Source of the DNA: a virus
Length of the DNA stretch: 64,000 nucleotides
Virus record (IMG/VR): IMGVR_UViG_3300042566_000599
Location: 1-64,000 of that record
Strand: one strand, 5' to 3'
The notes under the pieces are model-generated. The model was not told the DNA's origin. It saw only the letters and a program-made list of their open reading frames with translations, and made no database searches. Both the position numbers and the translations under genes were made by a program. Shown here piece by piece: positions 54,818 through 64,000 of the stretch (its first letter is position 1; each line of letters begins with the position of its first letter).

Positions 54818-55557
54818 CTTCCATCCCTTTCAACTTTTTTTCTTTTTGAAATATACTGCTTACTTCCAGAAAATTGAGTAAAAAAAGGCATTCTAAAATT
54901 TTCAAATCTTTTTTTGTCTTGTTCTGTTTGGTAACGAACCTCTAAGTTTAAAGGCTCTCTTTTAAATGGCACATATTGAACAAGAGGAGTTCCTCTTTTA
55001 ATAAAAATTTCGTCTTTTTCTGAGGTTAACAACACTTGTTGGTTTACAACATGGTGTGTATCAGTATCTATAATTCCAGGTAACACCGTAAACTCATTCG
55101 TGTAGTGATAAAACAAGGGTAATTGAAGCACTGAATAACCAGGAGGGGTTATAATATACCATGGGCAGTCTGACTTAAAAATAAAATTGCCATTTTGATT
55201 TAAGTGTTTAAAAGGAACGTGGGATAAAAACTGTTGGTTAGAGTGACTACTCCAACGAAATTTTTCATGAGAAGTTCTCCAAGAATATTGTTCTGTATTT
55301 CTGTCATATTTTAAAATACTATCTGCCCACATAGGAATGACTATTCCTGCGGAAAAATAGTCGGGAAATGAAGGACAATTTTTTACGTTTCCTACAGTCA
55401 CCTCTTTACTAGTTACTACGGTTTCTATTAAAGAAGTGGTCTTCCACCACTCTGGAATAAATTTGTTTGCTGGTTTTGGCAATACTTCTTCAACCAACTC
55501 TAATCCTTCAAGTGTAGATACAACCTCTATTAAAGGAGTTACTTGTTTTTTAAACAC
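54814..55557 (-). CDS. Hypothetical protein, DUF6065-like paralog 3
   Basis: KNCPSF.D...G, PW...TPPGYS, PGIIDTD, RGTPLVQYVPFKRE. Confidence 0.6.
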   Translation of the reverse strand: MFKKQVTPLIEVVSTLEGLELVEEVLPKPANKFIPEWWKTTSLIETVVTSKEVTVGNVKNCPSFPDYFSAGIVIPMWADSILKYDRNTEQYSWRTSHEKFRWSSHSNQQFLSHVPFKHLNQNGNFIFKSDCPWYIITPPGYSVLQLPLFYHYTNEFTVLPGIIDTDTHHVVNQQVLLTSEKDEIFIKRGTPLVQYVPFKREPLNLEVRYQTEQDKKRFENFRMPFFTQFSGSKQYISKRKKVERDGR

Positions 55558-57560
55558 TATTTAGCCTCTCCCCACTTGTTTACTATTTTTACGTCTGCAA
55601 TAAGAGGAAATGTAATCTCTGGTAGGTGAATACCTTCCATCGACACACGAATTGCTTCGGCGGTCTCTTCTGCTAAATCTTCACGAGCAACAGTAACCAA
55701 TTCGTCGTGTACAGTCAAAACGACGTTGGCTGCTGGCTCATCTACAAAACAAGAGTGTGCCCTTACAATTGCCAGTTTCATGATGTCTGCTGCAGACCCT
55801 TGAATTACCGTGTTAAACGCTTGACGTTCTGCTCTGGACCTTAATCCCTGGTCTCTGCTCTTTAAGTCAGGTATATAACGACGTCGTCCAAATAGGGTAG
55901 ATACAAACGGAGTCGGTGCCTGAGCGGAAGCCATACGGATAACTCGTGCTCGATATTTTGCAATGTCGTTGAACTGCTTACTGAATCGGTCTAACAGGTC
56001 TCTTGCATCTTTTACAGTACACCCAATGCTTTGAGCAATCTTCTCGGGTCCAACACCATAAGCGATAGATAGAACAAGAACTTTTCCAGCCTTACGGTCT
56101 ACTCCCATCGTGTCACCAATAGTCGTGTATATGTCCCCGCCATCTACATAATTTTTAACCATAATTGGGTCACCTGAAAAGGCTGCAATAATACGAGGCT
56201 CAATCTGGCTGTAGTCAGCAACAATCAATTTGTGACCAGGTGGAGCGATAAACAAATCTCGAATTAGTTTCCCGTACTCTCCGCCACTAGGGATGTTCTG
56301 AAGATTTGGGTCACTGCTAGAGAAACGACCTGTCTCTGCTCCATGCGATTTAAAATTTGTGTGCACTTTTTGATTTATTAAAAGTGACTTCTTCTCTACA
56401 ATCTTTGTCTTTCCCATTACTGTGTGGGTAATCTCGCCACCTAAGTAGGGCATTACATAAGTTGTCATTAATTTATTTAAATCTTGGTACTCAAGAATTG
56501 CATCAACCAACTCGTCTTTATTGCGGTAGAACTCCAACGCATCAGATGAAACAGAGTAGTGCTGGATTCCTAAGTTTTGAGGAGCAGTAGCAGCCACCTC
56601 TTGTCCTTTTGTAGTTAACGCTACTTTAATACGGAGGTTTGGCCTTATCCCTCTTCCGCCATCTTCTTTTGAAGAAAACAACAACTTCTGCTTTTCCTGC
56701 ACAGAGTTCATGGAAAATGGAGTACCTACTAACTTCCAAGCCTTGGCCTTAGCAACGTCTATGTCTTTTTCAAGGCGATGCTTCAACTTAGTAAGTTCTA
56801 CAACATCGATAGTTGCTCCAGCAAGTTCCATATCGCATAAAGAAGCAATTACGTCCATTTCAAGGTTCCAAACTCGGCTCAAATCCCCCTCAAGTTTAGG
56901 AGCCATAACTTTGTAGAGTTTGTAGGTAGCATCAGCATCGAGTCCTGAATAGTTTGCTACATCACTAAAAGAGTGAACCTCTACTTGTGCGCCAACACCT
57001 TTTTCAACAATAATTCCAAGTTCTCTCTTTGCGCAGTCAGCAAGCCCTAAGTAACCACGGTTTCGGTTGTTAACAATAAAGCCAGCCATCATTGTGTCAA
57101 AGAATGGTTTAGAGGGTACAACGCCACGGTAATACTTTGCAATAGACTTTAAATCAAACTTTACATTGTGACCAATCTTTAACTTGTCACTAAAAAACAA
57201 AGGCTTAAGTGCTTTGAAAACATCACCTGGCAACAACTGGTCAGGAGCAGGACCGAATACTGGGGTCCACTTAGTTTGGTTTTTTGAGTAGTCTGTGTCC
57301 TTCAACTCTTTACCAGCGGCTAATTTACGTTGACCACTGAGTAACAACTCTTTATCCCAATGCAAAAACTCACCATTAGGGTGACCCATCGGTATTACAT
57401 CTACCCTGTCTTCTGTTGCAAGAGAAATCCACAGCACGTCGTTAACAACGGGTTGGACTCGATTTTCTCCAACTGTTTCCACGTCAAATGCAAAAGCGTC
57501 TACGCGCTCATAGTGTGAAACTAAGTCGTCTAATTGTTTTTTGGTTGTAATAATGTTCAT
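55557..57560 (-). CDS. polA: Family A DNA polymerase with 3'-5' exonuclease
   Basis: FDVET, HNVKFD, TGRFSSSDPNLQNIP, ADYSQIEPR, YG, IQGSAADI.K, VHDE. Confidence 0.95.
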   Translation of the reverse strand: MNIITTKKQLDDLVSHYERVDAFAFDVETVGENRVQPVVNDVLWISLATEDRVDVIPMGHPNGEFLHWDKELLLSGQRKLAAGKELKDTDYSKNQTKWTPVFGPAPDQLLPGDVFKALKPLFFSDKLKIGHNVKFDLKSIAKYYRGVVPSKPFFDTMMAGFIVNNRNRGYLGLADCAKRELGIIVEKGVGAQVEVHSFSDVANYSGLDADATYKLYKVMAPKLEGDLSRVWNLEMDVIASLCDMELAGATIDVVELTKLKHRLEKDIDVAKAKAWKLVGTPFSMNSVQEKQKLLFSSKEDGGRGIRPNLRIKVALTTKGQEVAATAPQNLGIQHYSVSSDALEFYRNKDELVDAILEYQDLNKLMTTYVMPYLGGEITHTVMGKTKIVEKKSLLINQKVHTNFKSHGAETGRFSSSDPNLQNIPSGGEYGKLIRDLFIAPPGHKLIVADYSQIEPRIIAAFSGDPIMVKNYVDGGDIYTTIGDTMGVDRKAGKVLVLSIAYGVGPEKIAQSIGCTVKDARDLLDRFSKQFNDIAKYRARVIRMASAQAPTPFVSTLFGRRRYIPDLKSRDQGLRSRAERQAFNTVIQGSAADIMKLAIVRAHSCFVDEPAANVVLTVHDELVTVAREDLAEETAEAIRVSMEGIHLPEITFPLIADVKIVNKWGEAK

Positions 57561-57577
57561 ATAATCCCTCTAGTTAG

Positions 57578-57617
57578 AGTAAGAGAGCCTGAAACCTAAG
57601 TAACAGGCTCCCTTACT
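57578..57617. terminator. Hairpin between ssb and polA
   Basis: AGTAAGAGAGCCTG/CAGGCTCCCTTACT. Confidence 0.5.
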
Positions 57618-57628
57618 TGTGGAACGTC

Positions 57629-58276
57629 TTAAGCGACTGAGCGAGCAACCTCTAGTAGTTCAGAGCGAGGGGTCTCTCGAATTACTTCTGCTGTATAAGG
57701 TTCAGCGGATGCTACTAACTCATTAACCGTATCAGGGTTAAGTTTCCACTCCTCGGCAAGGTCACGACCACGGACGAAGTTGAGGGTGTACTGCGTCGTT
57801 GGGCCAGTGCCTAGTCGAGAAATCTCCCAGAACTCTTTTGAAAGAGGCCCTTTGCGCTCATCGTCATGTGCTTTCTTAATCTGACGAGCCAGTGATGGAG
57901 GAGCAGTAAGGATTTGTAGTCCCTCTGTCTCTCCAGCGAGTACGAGTACGTTAAATGCAAACTTACCACGAGGCTTGTCCCCAAGAATCTCGCACAACGG
58001 GCACTCGTCACCCATACATACAAAGGACTTCTTACCCTTAGGTCGCTCAATCCAGTGCTGTTCGTAAGTTGCAAATGGTGAATCCTCTAGGAACTTAACA
58101 AGTTGTGGTTCCTCAGAGAAACGGAAGTCGGTTGGATATTCAGAGTTCTCTGTGTTGAGAAGTGCATCAACGGCATCCCAGCCTTGTTGCACAGTTGTTC
58201 CAACCTTAGGTGTTGCTGTTTCGCTGTCTTCATCTAAGTAAGAATCAGCGTTTACTGCTGGTTTTGTAATTGGCAT
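57629..58276 (-). CDS. Single-stranded DNA-binding protein (gp32-like)
   Basis: QHW...SFVC...CPLC, ISR.G.G..TQY; next to the polymerase. Confidence 0.7.
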   Translation of the reverse strand: MPITKPAVNADSYLDEDSETATPKVGTTVQQGWDAVDALLNTENSEYPTDFRFSEEPQLVKFLEDSPFATYEQHWIERPKGKKSFVCMGDECPLCEILGDKPRGKFAFNVLVLAGETEGLQILTAPPSLARQIKKAHDDERKGPLSKEFWEISRLGTGPTTQYTLNFVRGRDLAEEWKLNPDTVNELVASAEPYTAEVIRETPRSELLEVARSVA

Positions 58277-58300
58277 TTGTTTCTTTCTAGGTAATGAGGC

Positions 58301-58777
58301 CTATTGGCTCTCGGTGGATGTGATTTCCTTCCAGCGCTTTAATAAAGCCTCTGTAAGGTCTTCGTGTTGGCTCCACTCTACACGAGCAGAGCCAAGTAGG
58401 TTTCGCTTAGAAAACTCATCAACTGCAGACTCTATGAGATTGCGGGTATAAACCCGATTTCCTCCAGTCTTTTGACCTTTTAAAGTCTTAGACCTAAGTC
58501 GATACGGGGCACGTGGGATATATCCTTTGCGTTCCCATAAACGAACAGTGACGATTGTCTTTTCCAATGCTTGTGCTAGTGCACCGATTGTAAAGACTTC
58601 TGTTTCTTTGCCTCCTAATGTTTTAACGATTGGGTTTTCATCCCAACCATTAGTCTCACCGCTTTTACGGCGAGAAACTTTTGGGTCTGGTTCACGACGC
58701 TTCTTCTTTGAACCAGGAATGTATTCGAGGTCTTTAAAGGCCTCATAAATCTCGTCTTCTCCTCTTAATCCTGGCAT
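58301..58777 (-). CDS. MerR-like HTH protein
   Basis: FTIG.LA.AL.K...TVR.WE..G.IP...R.YT. Confidence 0.75.
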   Translation of the reverse strand: MPGLRGEDEIYEAFKDLEYIPGSKKKRREPDPKVSRRKSGETNGWDENPIVKTLGGKETEVFTIGALAQALEKTIVTVRLWERKGYIPRAPYRLRSKTLKGQKTGGNRVYTRNLIESAVDEFSKRNLLGSARVEWSQHEDLTEALLKRWKEITSTESQ

Positions 58778-58915
58778 GTTATTCCTTACGTAAAAACATT
58801 GGGACAATAGAGCCACATGGACAGATTGGCCGTTCTTTTTTTGAAGACAAATCAATATCAGTTGTGATTGTTAGAGTAGTCGTAGTGCATCCACCGCAAT
58901 CAAATGTATAGGAAT

Positions 58916-59356
58916 TCATCGTTTGTTCATCACCAATGCCCACACAACAGTTTGCGGATACATTTCGTCAACTTCTTCTTCAGTAAGTTCATCGCTGTAA
59001 AGGGATGCCATCAGTGCATCCTCATCAATTACTTCTACAGTCTTTATCAACTTATCGCGTAAACCGCGTTCATCAATAATTTCAAACGCAACATCTTCAT
59101 CAATCTTTCTAGTAACTCGACGCTGCTTTGTCATAGAAGTAAAGCCTTCAATTTCTTTTGGCAATTCAAAGATGATGTTTCCTTTGTCATCCTTTTCACC
59201 GCTGTCATCAATTACGGAGAAGAGGTCTTCACGTAAATCTTTCATCTGTTGTTGAAAGTACTCAACTTGTTTTTTATAAAAAATGTACTGCTGTGCCTGT
59301 GAAAGGGTGTCGTCTTTGTCAACACCTCTTGGCTCTTGGTTTGCTACGCGTGCCAT
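58916..59356 (-). CDS. Hypothetical protein
   Basis: SD GGAGG; N-terminal coiled coil. Confidence 0.6.
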   Translation of the reverse strand: MARVANQEPRGVDKDDTLSQAQQYIFYKKQVEYFQQQMKDLREDLFSVIDDSGEKDDKGNIIFELPKEIEGFTSMTKQRRVTRKIDEDVAFEIIDERGLRDKLIKTVEVIDEDALMASLYSDELTEEEVDEMYPQTVVWALVMNKR

Positions 59357-59364
59357 TACCCCTC

Positions 59365-60870
59365 CTACGATTTCATAAGGAAGTTCAAAAGACTTCCTAC
59401 TGTTAAGTCTACACCACCACGAGAGTTGATTCCCGCACCGTCAAGTACGGCGTTAGCCACAGCGCCCTTCTGCTGGAGCATCTCATGTTGGCGTTCTTCT
59501 ATTGAGTTTTTCATCAGTATATCCTGAATGGTGATAGTAGGCCAACGGCTTGACGTACGCTTTATACGCCCATTTCTTTGAACCGCCAGACCAGCATTCC
59601 ATGGCAGGTCATAGTTAATTAAAAGGTTTGCATTAGGCAGGTCTACTCCATAGCCCCCAGCATCTGATGAAATAAAGACCCTACATTCTGGGTCAGTTAA
59701 AAACTTTTCTTTGCTCCTTTCTTTTTCTTTGGAATTCATTTCTCCTGTATAAATTGTTCCTCCAAGTTTGTCAAAGATTAAAGCGACGGCATCAAGGTAA
59801 GAAGTGAATACGACTATCTTTGCATCTGGGTCGGTCTCTAGATGTTCTTTGGCGTAGTCTACAAGAACGTCTAATTTGGGAGATTTAGCGCCTTGAAGTT
59901 TTACATGACCTTCCGCTACTAAATACTGAGCATATTGAGACTCACTACCTGCAAGAAGCAATGGACTGTCACAGACCATTCGCAGAGCGGTTATCTTTGA
60001 CATTATCGACCCACGCATTAAGTCTGCAGGACTACCAGGCTTATACCCCTCCCCATAATGTGCAGCGATGGAAAAACTTGCACCCAACAATTGCTTTGCT
60101 TCTACTAGTTCATTCATTAGTTCTTCTGCAATGAAGTGATACAACTTGCGACCAGTCGAATCAAAAGGAACAAGCAGAGGGTCACGGTTAATAACGCTAG
60201 GAAGGTGAGGGGCTACATCAGGGTCTGTCTGTACCTTCCTTACAGAACAAGCCTTCATCTTTTCGTGAAAAATAGGAAGATTACGGTAACGCTGCACTCC
60301 ACCGAAGTGATTGCGAACAATAAAGGTTTGGTCAAATAAATCAAAACGACCAAGAAGAGTTGGATTAACAAACTGCATAATGCTATACAACTCTTCTGGC
60401 CTACCATTTTCGATAGGTGTTCCTGTTAGAGCAAACTTAATAGAAACGCTACGAGATAGTTCCTTGACCTTTTTGGAGCGCTTAGACTTAAATCCCTTTA
60501 TAGCCGTGGCTTCGTCGCAGACGATTGCGTCCAAATATAGGTTTTTTACTATATCCCAGTCATTAACGATGGACTCGTAATTAGTGATTAAATACCTAGC
60601 ATTGGAGGAGTATTGAGCCTCTCTAGTCTTCTTATTACCATCAATGACCTGAACTGTAGAATCAGAAAACTTCTTTATTTCTTTTTCCCACTGATACTTA
60701 AGACTCGATAAAGCAACCACAAGAACCTTTTTAGGCGATAGTTGTTCAAGTGCTGCAATCGTCATGCAGGTTTTACCAAGACCCATCTCATAAGCAACTA
60801 ACATCCTTTTCTCGCCAACCATACGACTGACTGCTTCTACCTGATAAGGTTTTAAGGTTCCGTTAAACAA
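59365..60870 (-). CDS. SNF2-family helicase
   Basis: EMGLGKT, CDEA, LTGTPIEN, DLPWN....QR.GRI.R. Confidence 0.92.
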   Translation of the reverse strand: MFNGTLKPYQVEAVSRMVGEKRMLVAYEMGLGKTCMTIAALEQLSPKKVLVVALSSLKYQWEKEIKKFSDSTVQVIDGNKKTREAQYSSNARYLITNYESIVNDWDIVKNLYLDAIVCDEATAIKGFKSKRSKKVKELSRSVSIKFALTGTPIENGRPEELYSIMQFVNPTLLGRFDLFDQTFIVRNHFGGVQRYRNLPIFHEKMKACSVRKVQTDPDVAPHLPSVINRDPLLVPFDSTGRKLYHFIAEELMNELVEAKQLLGASFSIAAHYGEGYKPGSPADLMRGSIMSKITALRMVCDSPLLLAGSESQYAQYLVAEGHVKLQGAKSPKLDVLVDYAKEHLETDPDAKIVVFTSYLDAVALIFDKLGGTIYTGEMNSKEKERSKEKFLTDPECRVFISSDAGGYGVDLPNANLLINYDLPWNAGLAVQRNGRIKRTSSRWPTITIQDILMKNSIEERQHEMLQQKGAVANAVLDGAGINSRGGVDLTVGSLLNFLMKS

Positions 60871-61801
60871 AGAATGCCTCTTTGCCTAATACGTAAGACT
60901 TGGCGTTCTCAATACCCTGATGAATCTCATTAATAGTCATGTCACCTGGGTCTTTTACATCAATGCCCTTGTAATCAAAAAAGAACAAGTTCAAACCATA
61001 CTTTCGAGCATAAGGACGCATTGATTCTGCAGCCTTCAACCCCGCCTCATCTTTATCAAAAGCAGCAATTACTTTGTCCGCTCTTCGCATAATCTTTGCT
61101 TGGTCTTCGCTAACTATTGCGCCAAAAGTAGATACAGCACCCTCAACACCAGCACAACGAAGACGTACAACATCTAATGGAGATTCAACAACCACAAGAA
61201 TGTCGGTTGCCATTACCTCGACACCAAATACTGTTTTTGACTTTTTAACTCCCGTTGGTTGATTGCGAAAGAAGCGGCCCGAAGCACCCTTCTCTTGCCA
61301 TCCCATTAACTCGTGTGTATCAGGATTACGGATAGGAAGAATCCATGCTGAGTTGTTTACATCCCAAAATACTCCGTGATGTTTTGCTGCTTCTGCAGTT
61401 AAAAATCTTTTCTTTAACTCTAATGCGGGAGGCTCTGAGTAGACGGCCAAACGAGCCTCTGACATGCCGATTGGCTCTGCTTCTGGCTGTACATATTGTG
61501 GCAAGTCTTTAATACGGCGTAATAAAGCATCTATGGGAAATTCTTCTTGACCATCAATAAACTCTTTTGCGTCGTGGTAATCAATGCCGCGCAAATCACG
61601 AACAAGCGTGTATAAGTTTCCCTTGTAACCGCAAGAAAAACAAATGTGTGCACCAGTCATAATGTTTATCCACCATGATGGGTGGTGGTCTTCTTTTCCT
61701 GTGCGCTTCTTGTGCATAGGACAAAGGCCGTTAACCTCATCACCACGTTGCGCTGCAAGAGGTAAATCAAGTGATAGGAGAACCTTCTCTACATCCATCA
61801 C
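60863..61801 (-). CDS. dnaG: DNA primase (Zn finger + TOPRIM)
   Basis: CPMH...CFSC; VVES.LD; FDKD.AG; KDPGD. Confidence 0.9.
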   Translation of the reverse strand: MMDVEKVLLSLDLPLAAQRGDEVNGLCPMHKKRTGKEDHHPSWWINIMTGAHICFSCGYKGNLYTLVRDLRGIDYHDAKEFIDGQEEFPIDALLRRIKDLPQYVQPEAEPIGMSEARLAVYSEPPALELKKRFLTAEAAKHHGVFWDVNNSAWILPIRNPDTHELMGWQEKGASGRFFRNQPTGVKKSKTVFGVEVMATDILVVVESPLDVVRLRCAGVEGAVSTFGAIVSEDQAKIMRRADKVIAAFDKDEAGLKAAESMRPYARKYGLNLFFFDYKGIDVKDPGDMTINEIHQGIENAKSYVLGKEAFFV

Positions 61802-63045
61802 TTGCTCCAATTCATGCAGTATGCGCACTTAGTCATGAAGGACTCATCATGAAAGCACCCAGTCTCCCAACGCCAAGTAATCGCAGTCTCACTTGGAGGA
61901 CAGTTACGTGATTGAACAATCTTTAAAAGCCTAATCTCTTCATCCTCTTCTACTGGCTCAAGGCCAAGGATTACATCTGAGTCTTGGAAGAAGGAAGACG
62001 AGTAACCAATTGAGTCTGCAGTCACCTTTCCAGCACGCATCTTCCATAGAAGAGTTTGAGTAGTAATAACTACTGGCTTATTTATCTTCTGAGCCAGCCT
62101 CTTTAGTGCACGTGTTATGTTAGTGATTGCTTGAGGTGTGTTCATTTCACCAGTAATCTCATCAAGCATCAAGTAGACACCGTCTACAAACACAATGTCA
62201 GGACTGCACTGCTCAATCTTTGCTGATAAAGCAGACACAGTAATACCGTTAACGGCATCTACCAAATGGAATGAGTGCTCCTTCTCCATGGCGTTTAAAG
62301 TATCGATGTAACGAGATTCTTCTGCTGGCAATAATTTTCCACGACGCAGACGGCCATGAGATATGTGGGAACGCATCGCATCGTGACGCTGCTGTTGCTC
62401 GTGATTGTTCATCTCAAAGGATTGGAACATAGGGGTGTATCCCAATGTGTGAATGTTTATTGCAACCTGAAGAGCAATCTGAGACTTACCAGTCTTTGGT
62501 GGAGCAATGACCGTGATTAATTGTCCGCCTTGCAGTCCCGCTGTTGCTTCATCAATCTTTTCAAACCCTGTTGGTATTCCTAAAAACTTTTTATCTTGTA
62601 ACGCTTTGTATTCTGCGTAGCGTTCTTCAGTGTTCTTTGACAAGTCAACTTCATGAGTGCCAAGTACGCCCTGTTCATTAACTTTTGCAATCGCCTGCTC
62701 CATAGCAAGAAGAGCAGCATCATGATTGTTGTCTTGCAGTAACTCGACCGCGTTCTCTAAACCTTGACGAGTAAGTAGTCGACGGCGGAAGTCGACCATC
62801 GTGTCTAGTAGATACTCAACGGAGTCTTCTACATCAAGAATCTTGTAATTTGGGTAATGGTCTTTGACTGTTACGCCAGTTGGAACTTCACGATATTCGC
62901 TGTAGTGCTTGCGAACAAAACTCCATACCTTGCGATTGTCTTCGTCTAAAAACCATCCGTCTTGAACACCTCGTGAAAGGGCAGGGACGATGTCACGGTC
63001 ACGAATTACTTTACTGACCAGACGGTGTTCGTTATCTGCTGCCAT
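61798..63045 (-). CDS. dnaB: Replicative DnaB-like helicase
   Basis: GIPTGF..ID..T.G.Q.GQL, APPKTGKS, SFEM, VDG, QDSDV. Confidence 0.92.
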   Translation of the reverse strand: MAADNEHRLVSKVIRDRDIVPALSRGVQDGWFLDEDNRKVWSFVRKHYSEYREVPTGVTVKDHYPNYKILDVEDSVEYLLDTMVDFRRRLLTRQGLENAVELLQDNNHDAALLAMEQAIAKVNEQGVLGTHEVDLSKNTEERYAEYKALQDKKFLGIPTGFEKIDEATAGLQGGQLITVIAPPKTGKSQIALQVAINIHTLGYTPMFQSFEMNNHEQQQRHDAMRSHISHGRLRRGKLLPAEESRYIDTLNAMEKEHSFHLVDAVNGITVSALSAKIEQCSPDIVFVDGVYLMLDEITGEMNTPQAITNITRALKRLAQKINKPVVITTQTLLWKMRAGKVTADSIGYSSSFFQDSDVILGLEPVEEDEEIRLLKIVQSRNCPPSETAITWRWETGCFHDESFMTKCAYCMNWSK

Positions 63046-63062
63046 ATCGCCCCCTCAAGGCT

Positions 63063-63479
63063 CTAAAGATTGGCTAGTTCTACTCCTGCTGAACCATATC
63101 GCGCAACTCGGTCGGGCTTGTCGATAACGCCCTTCAAATTTGGTCGATACGGAAGTGTTGCGACTAACTCATCTACACTCTCGTACAACTGCCAGTAGTT
63201 AAACGGGTTAACTACACGACGCTCTAACTTTTCAAAAGATTTTTCAAGAAGTTCTTCTGTCCAACCTTCTGTCTCAAAACCAGCAAGTTCTAAGGAAATG
63301 CCGTAGTTGTTAGCAAGTATCCACAATCTGTTGGCTCCAAGCAAATCGACTTCGCCAAGTTTATAGGTAATCTTCTTACCTAGTAGCCGACGTGTCTCTT
63401 CTTCAACTAATTTAATTACTACATCAGTAGTAGCAATAACTTGTGGAGAGGAGACATTTGATATGTCTCCGTTTTTCAT
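63063..63479 (-). CDS. Hypothetical protein
   Basis: Coupled ORF. Confidence 0.6.
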   Translation of the reverse strand: MKNGDISNVSSPQVIATTDVVIKLVEEETRRLLGKKITYKLGEVDLLGANRLWILANNYGISLELAGFETEGWTEELLEKSFEKLERRVVNPFNYWQLYESVDELVATLPYRPNLKGVIDKPDRVARYGSAGVELANL

Positions 63480-63784
63480 AGTACTTCTATCTTAGCGTAC
63501 TTTAAAACAAACTCACGAAACTTCTCCGCAGTATCGCTTGCGTCTAGCGCAAGTTCCTCAGGAATCTCTTCGGGCACAAGAATGGAGTAGTGCCCATCGT
63601 TCATGTACATACGGTCATCAACAAAGCGAACATGCTTGCAATTAAACGTCTTCTTCCACTTTGGACAATTGCATCGAAGTTTTTTACTGTCAGTGTCGAG
63701 TTCGACTTCGAAAATTCCAGCAGCCTGCGCAGAGATGAACAGTTGTACTGTTCTCCACGAAGCCTTCACGCTGCCGCCTTTCAC
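63476..63784 (-). CDS. SWIM Zn-finger protein
   Basis: CNCP.....CKH. Confidence 0.75.
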   Translation of the reverse strand: MKGGSVKASWRTVQLFISAQAAGIFEVELDTDSKKLRCNCPKWKKTFNCKHVRFVDDRMYMNDGHYSILVPEEIPEELALDASDTAEKFREFVLKYAKIEVL

Positions 63785-64000
63785 TGTGCACCCCTCAAAT
63801 CAGAACCAAAAATTGGAACACGTACGAATGCTTCTTGAGCAAAACTGCCCATCGCTTCACTGTACTTGTCATTCCAGTTTTCCAGCATAACGTTCGTTGT
63901 CACAATAGTGGGCAACGCCTTGTCATACCTTGCACGAAGTATCTCATCAAAGGACGCATCGTCGTACTTTGAACCATACTCTTTTCCTAAGTCATCTATG
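63781..64000 (-). CDS. DnaC/IstB-like ATPase, putative helicase loader (5' end outside window)
   Basis: Manual translation IDDLGKEY...EILRARYDKALPTIVTTN...GSDLRGAQ*. Confidence 0.8.
   Translation of the reverse strand, partial: IDDLGKEYGSKYDDASFDEILRARYDKALPTIVTTNVMLENWNDKYSEAMGSFAQEAFVRVPIFGSDLRGAQ

Noticed and set aside
38249-63045. Inteins or introns in nrdJ, recA, polA or dnaB
   Set aside because: Lengths are normal, reading frames are uninterrupted and no intein-sized insertions are visible
1-64000. Alternative genetic code or stop-codon readthrough
   Set aside because: Conserved genes are full length in the standard code and all three stop codons are used

Overview
A 64-kb slice of a large tailed dsDNA bacteriophage genome. 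The host is very probably an actinobacterium: there are two WhiB genes and many leaderless genes with a TANNNT -10 a few nt before the start. The window has three blocks. (1) 1-24.1 kb, minus strand: N4-gp56-type major capsid (truncated), scaffold, portal, terminase, lysis/membrane genes, Hsp20, an Ntn protease, a NUDIX hydrolase, an operon of small ADP-ribosyltransferase-like and other proteins sharing an N-terminal LS-x2-3-QF/LF motif, and a sulfation module. (2) About 24.2-37.5 kb, plus strand: a ~0.9-kb origin-like non-coding tract, a ~670-nt highly structured putative ncRNA with a kissing-loop pair, MoxR AAA + vWA, two HNH genes, a second ~150-nt structured RNA, WhiB, a DenV-like glycosylase, a tyrosine recombinase with repeat arrays and a secreted lysozyme-like protein. 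By eye this block lacks GGCC and CCWGG, which are common elsewhere. (3) 37.5-64 kb, minus strand: class II RNR, TGT-like/HAD/nucleotidyltransferase genes, small proteins, SpoVS, RuvC, subtilase, Cas4-like nuclease, WhiB, RecA, PolA, SSB, SNF2 helicase, primase, DnaB and a DnaC-like loader. The strongest novelty candidates are the large ncRNA, the shared-leader ART effector set and the restriction-site-depleted 13-kb block. All family calls come from motif recognition by eye; no searches were run.
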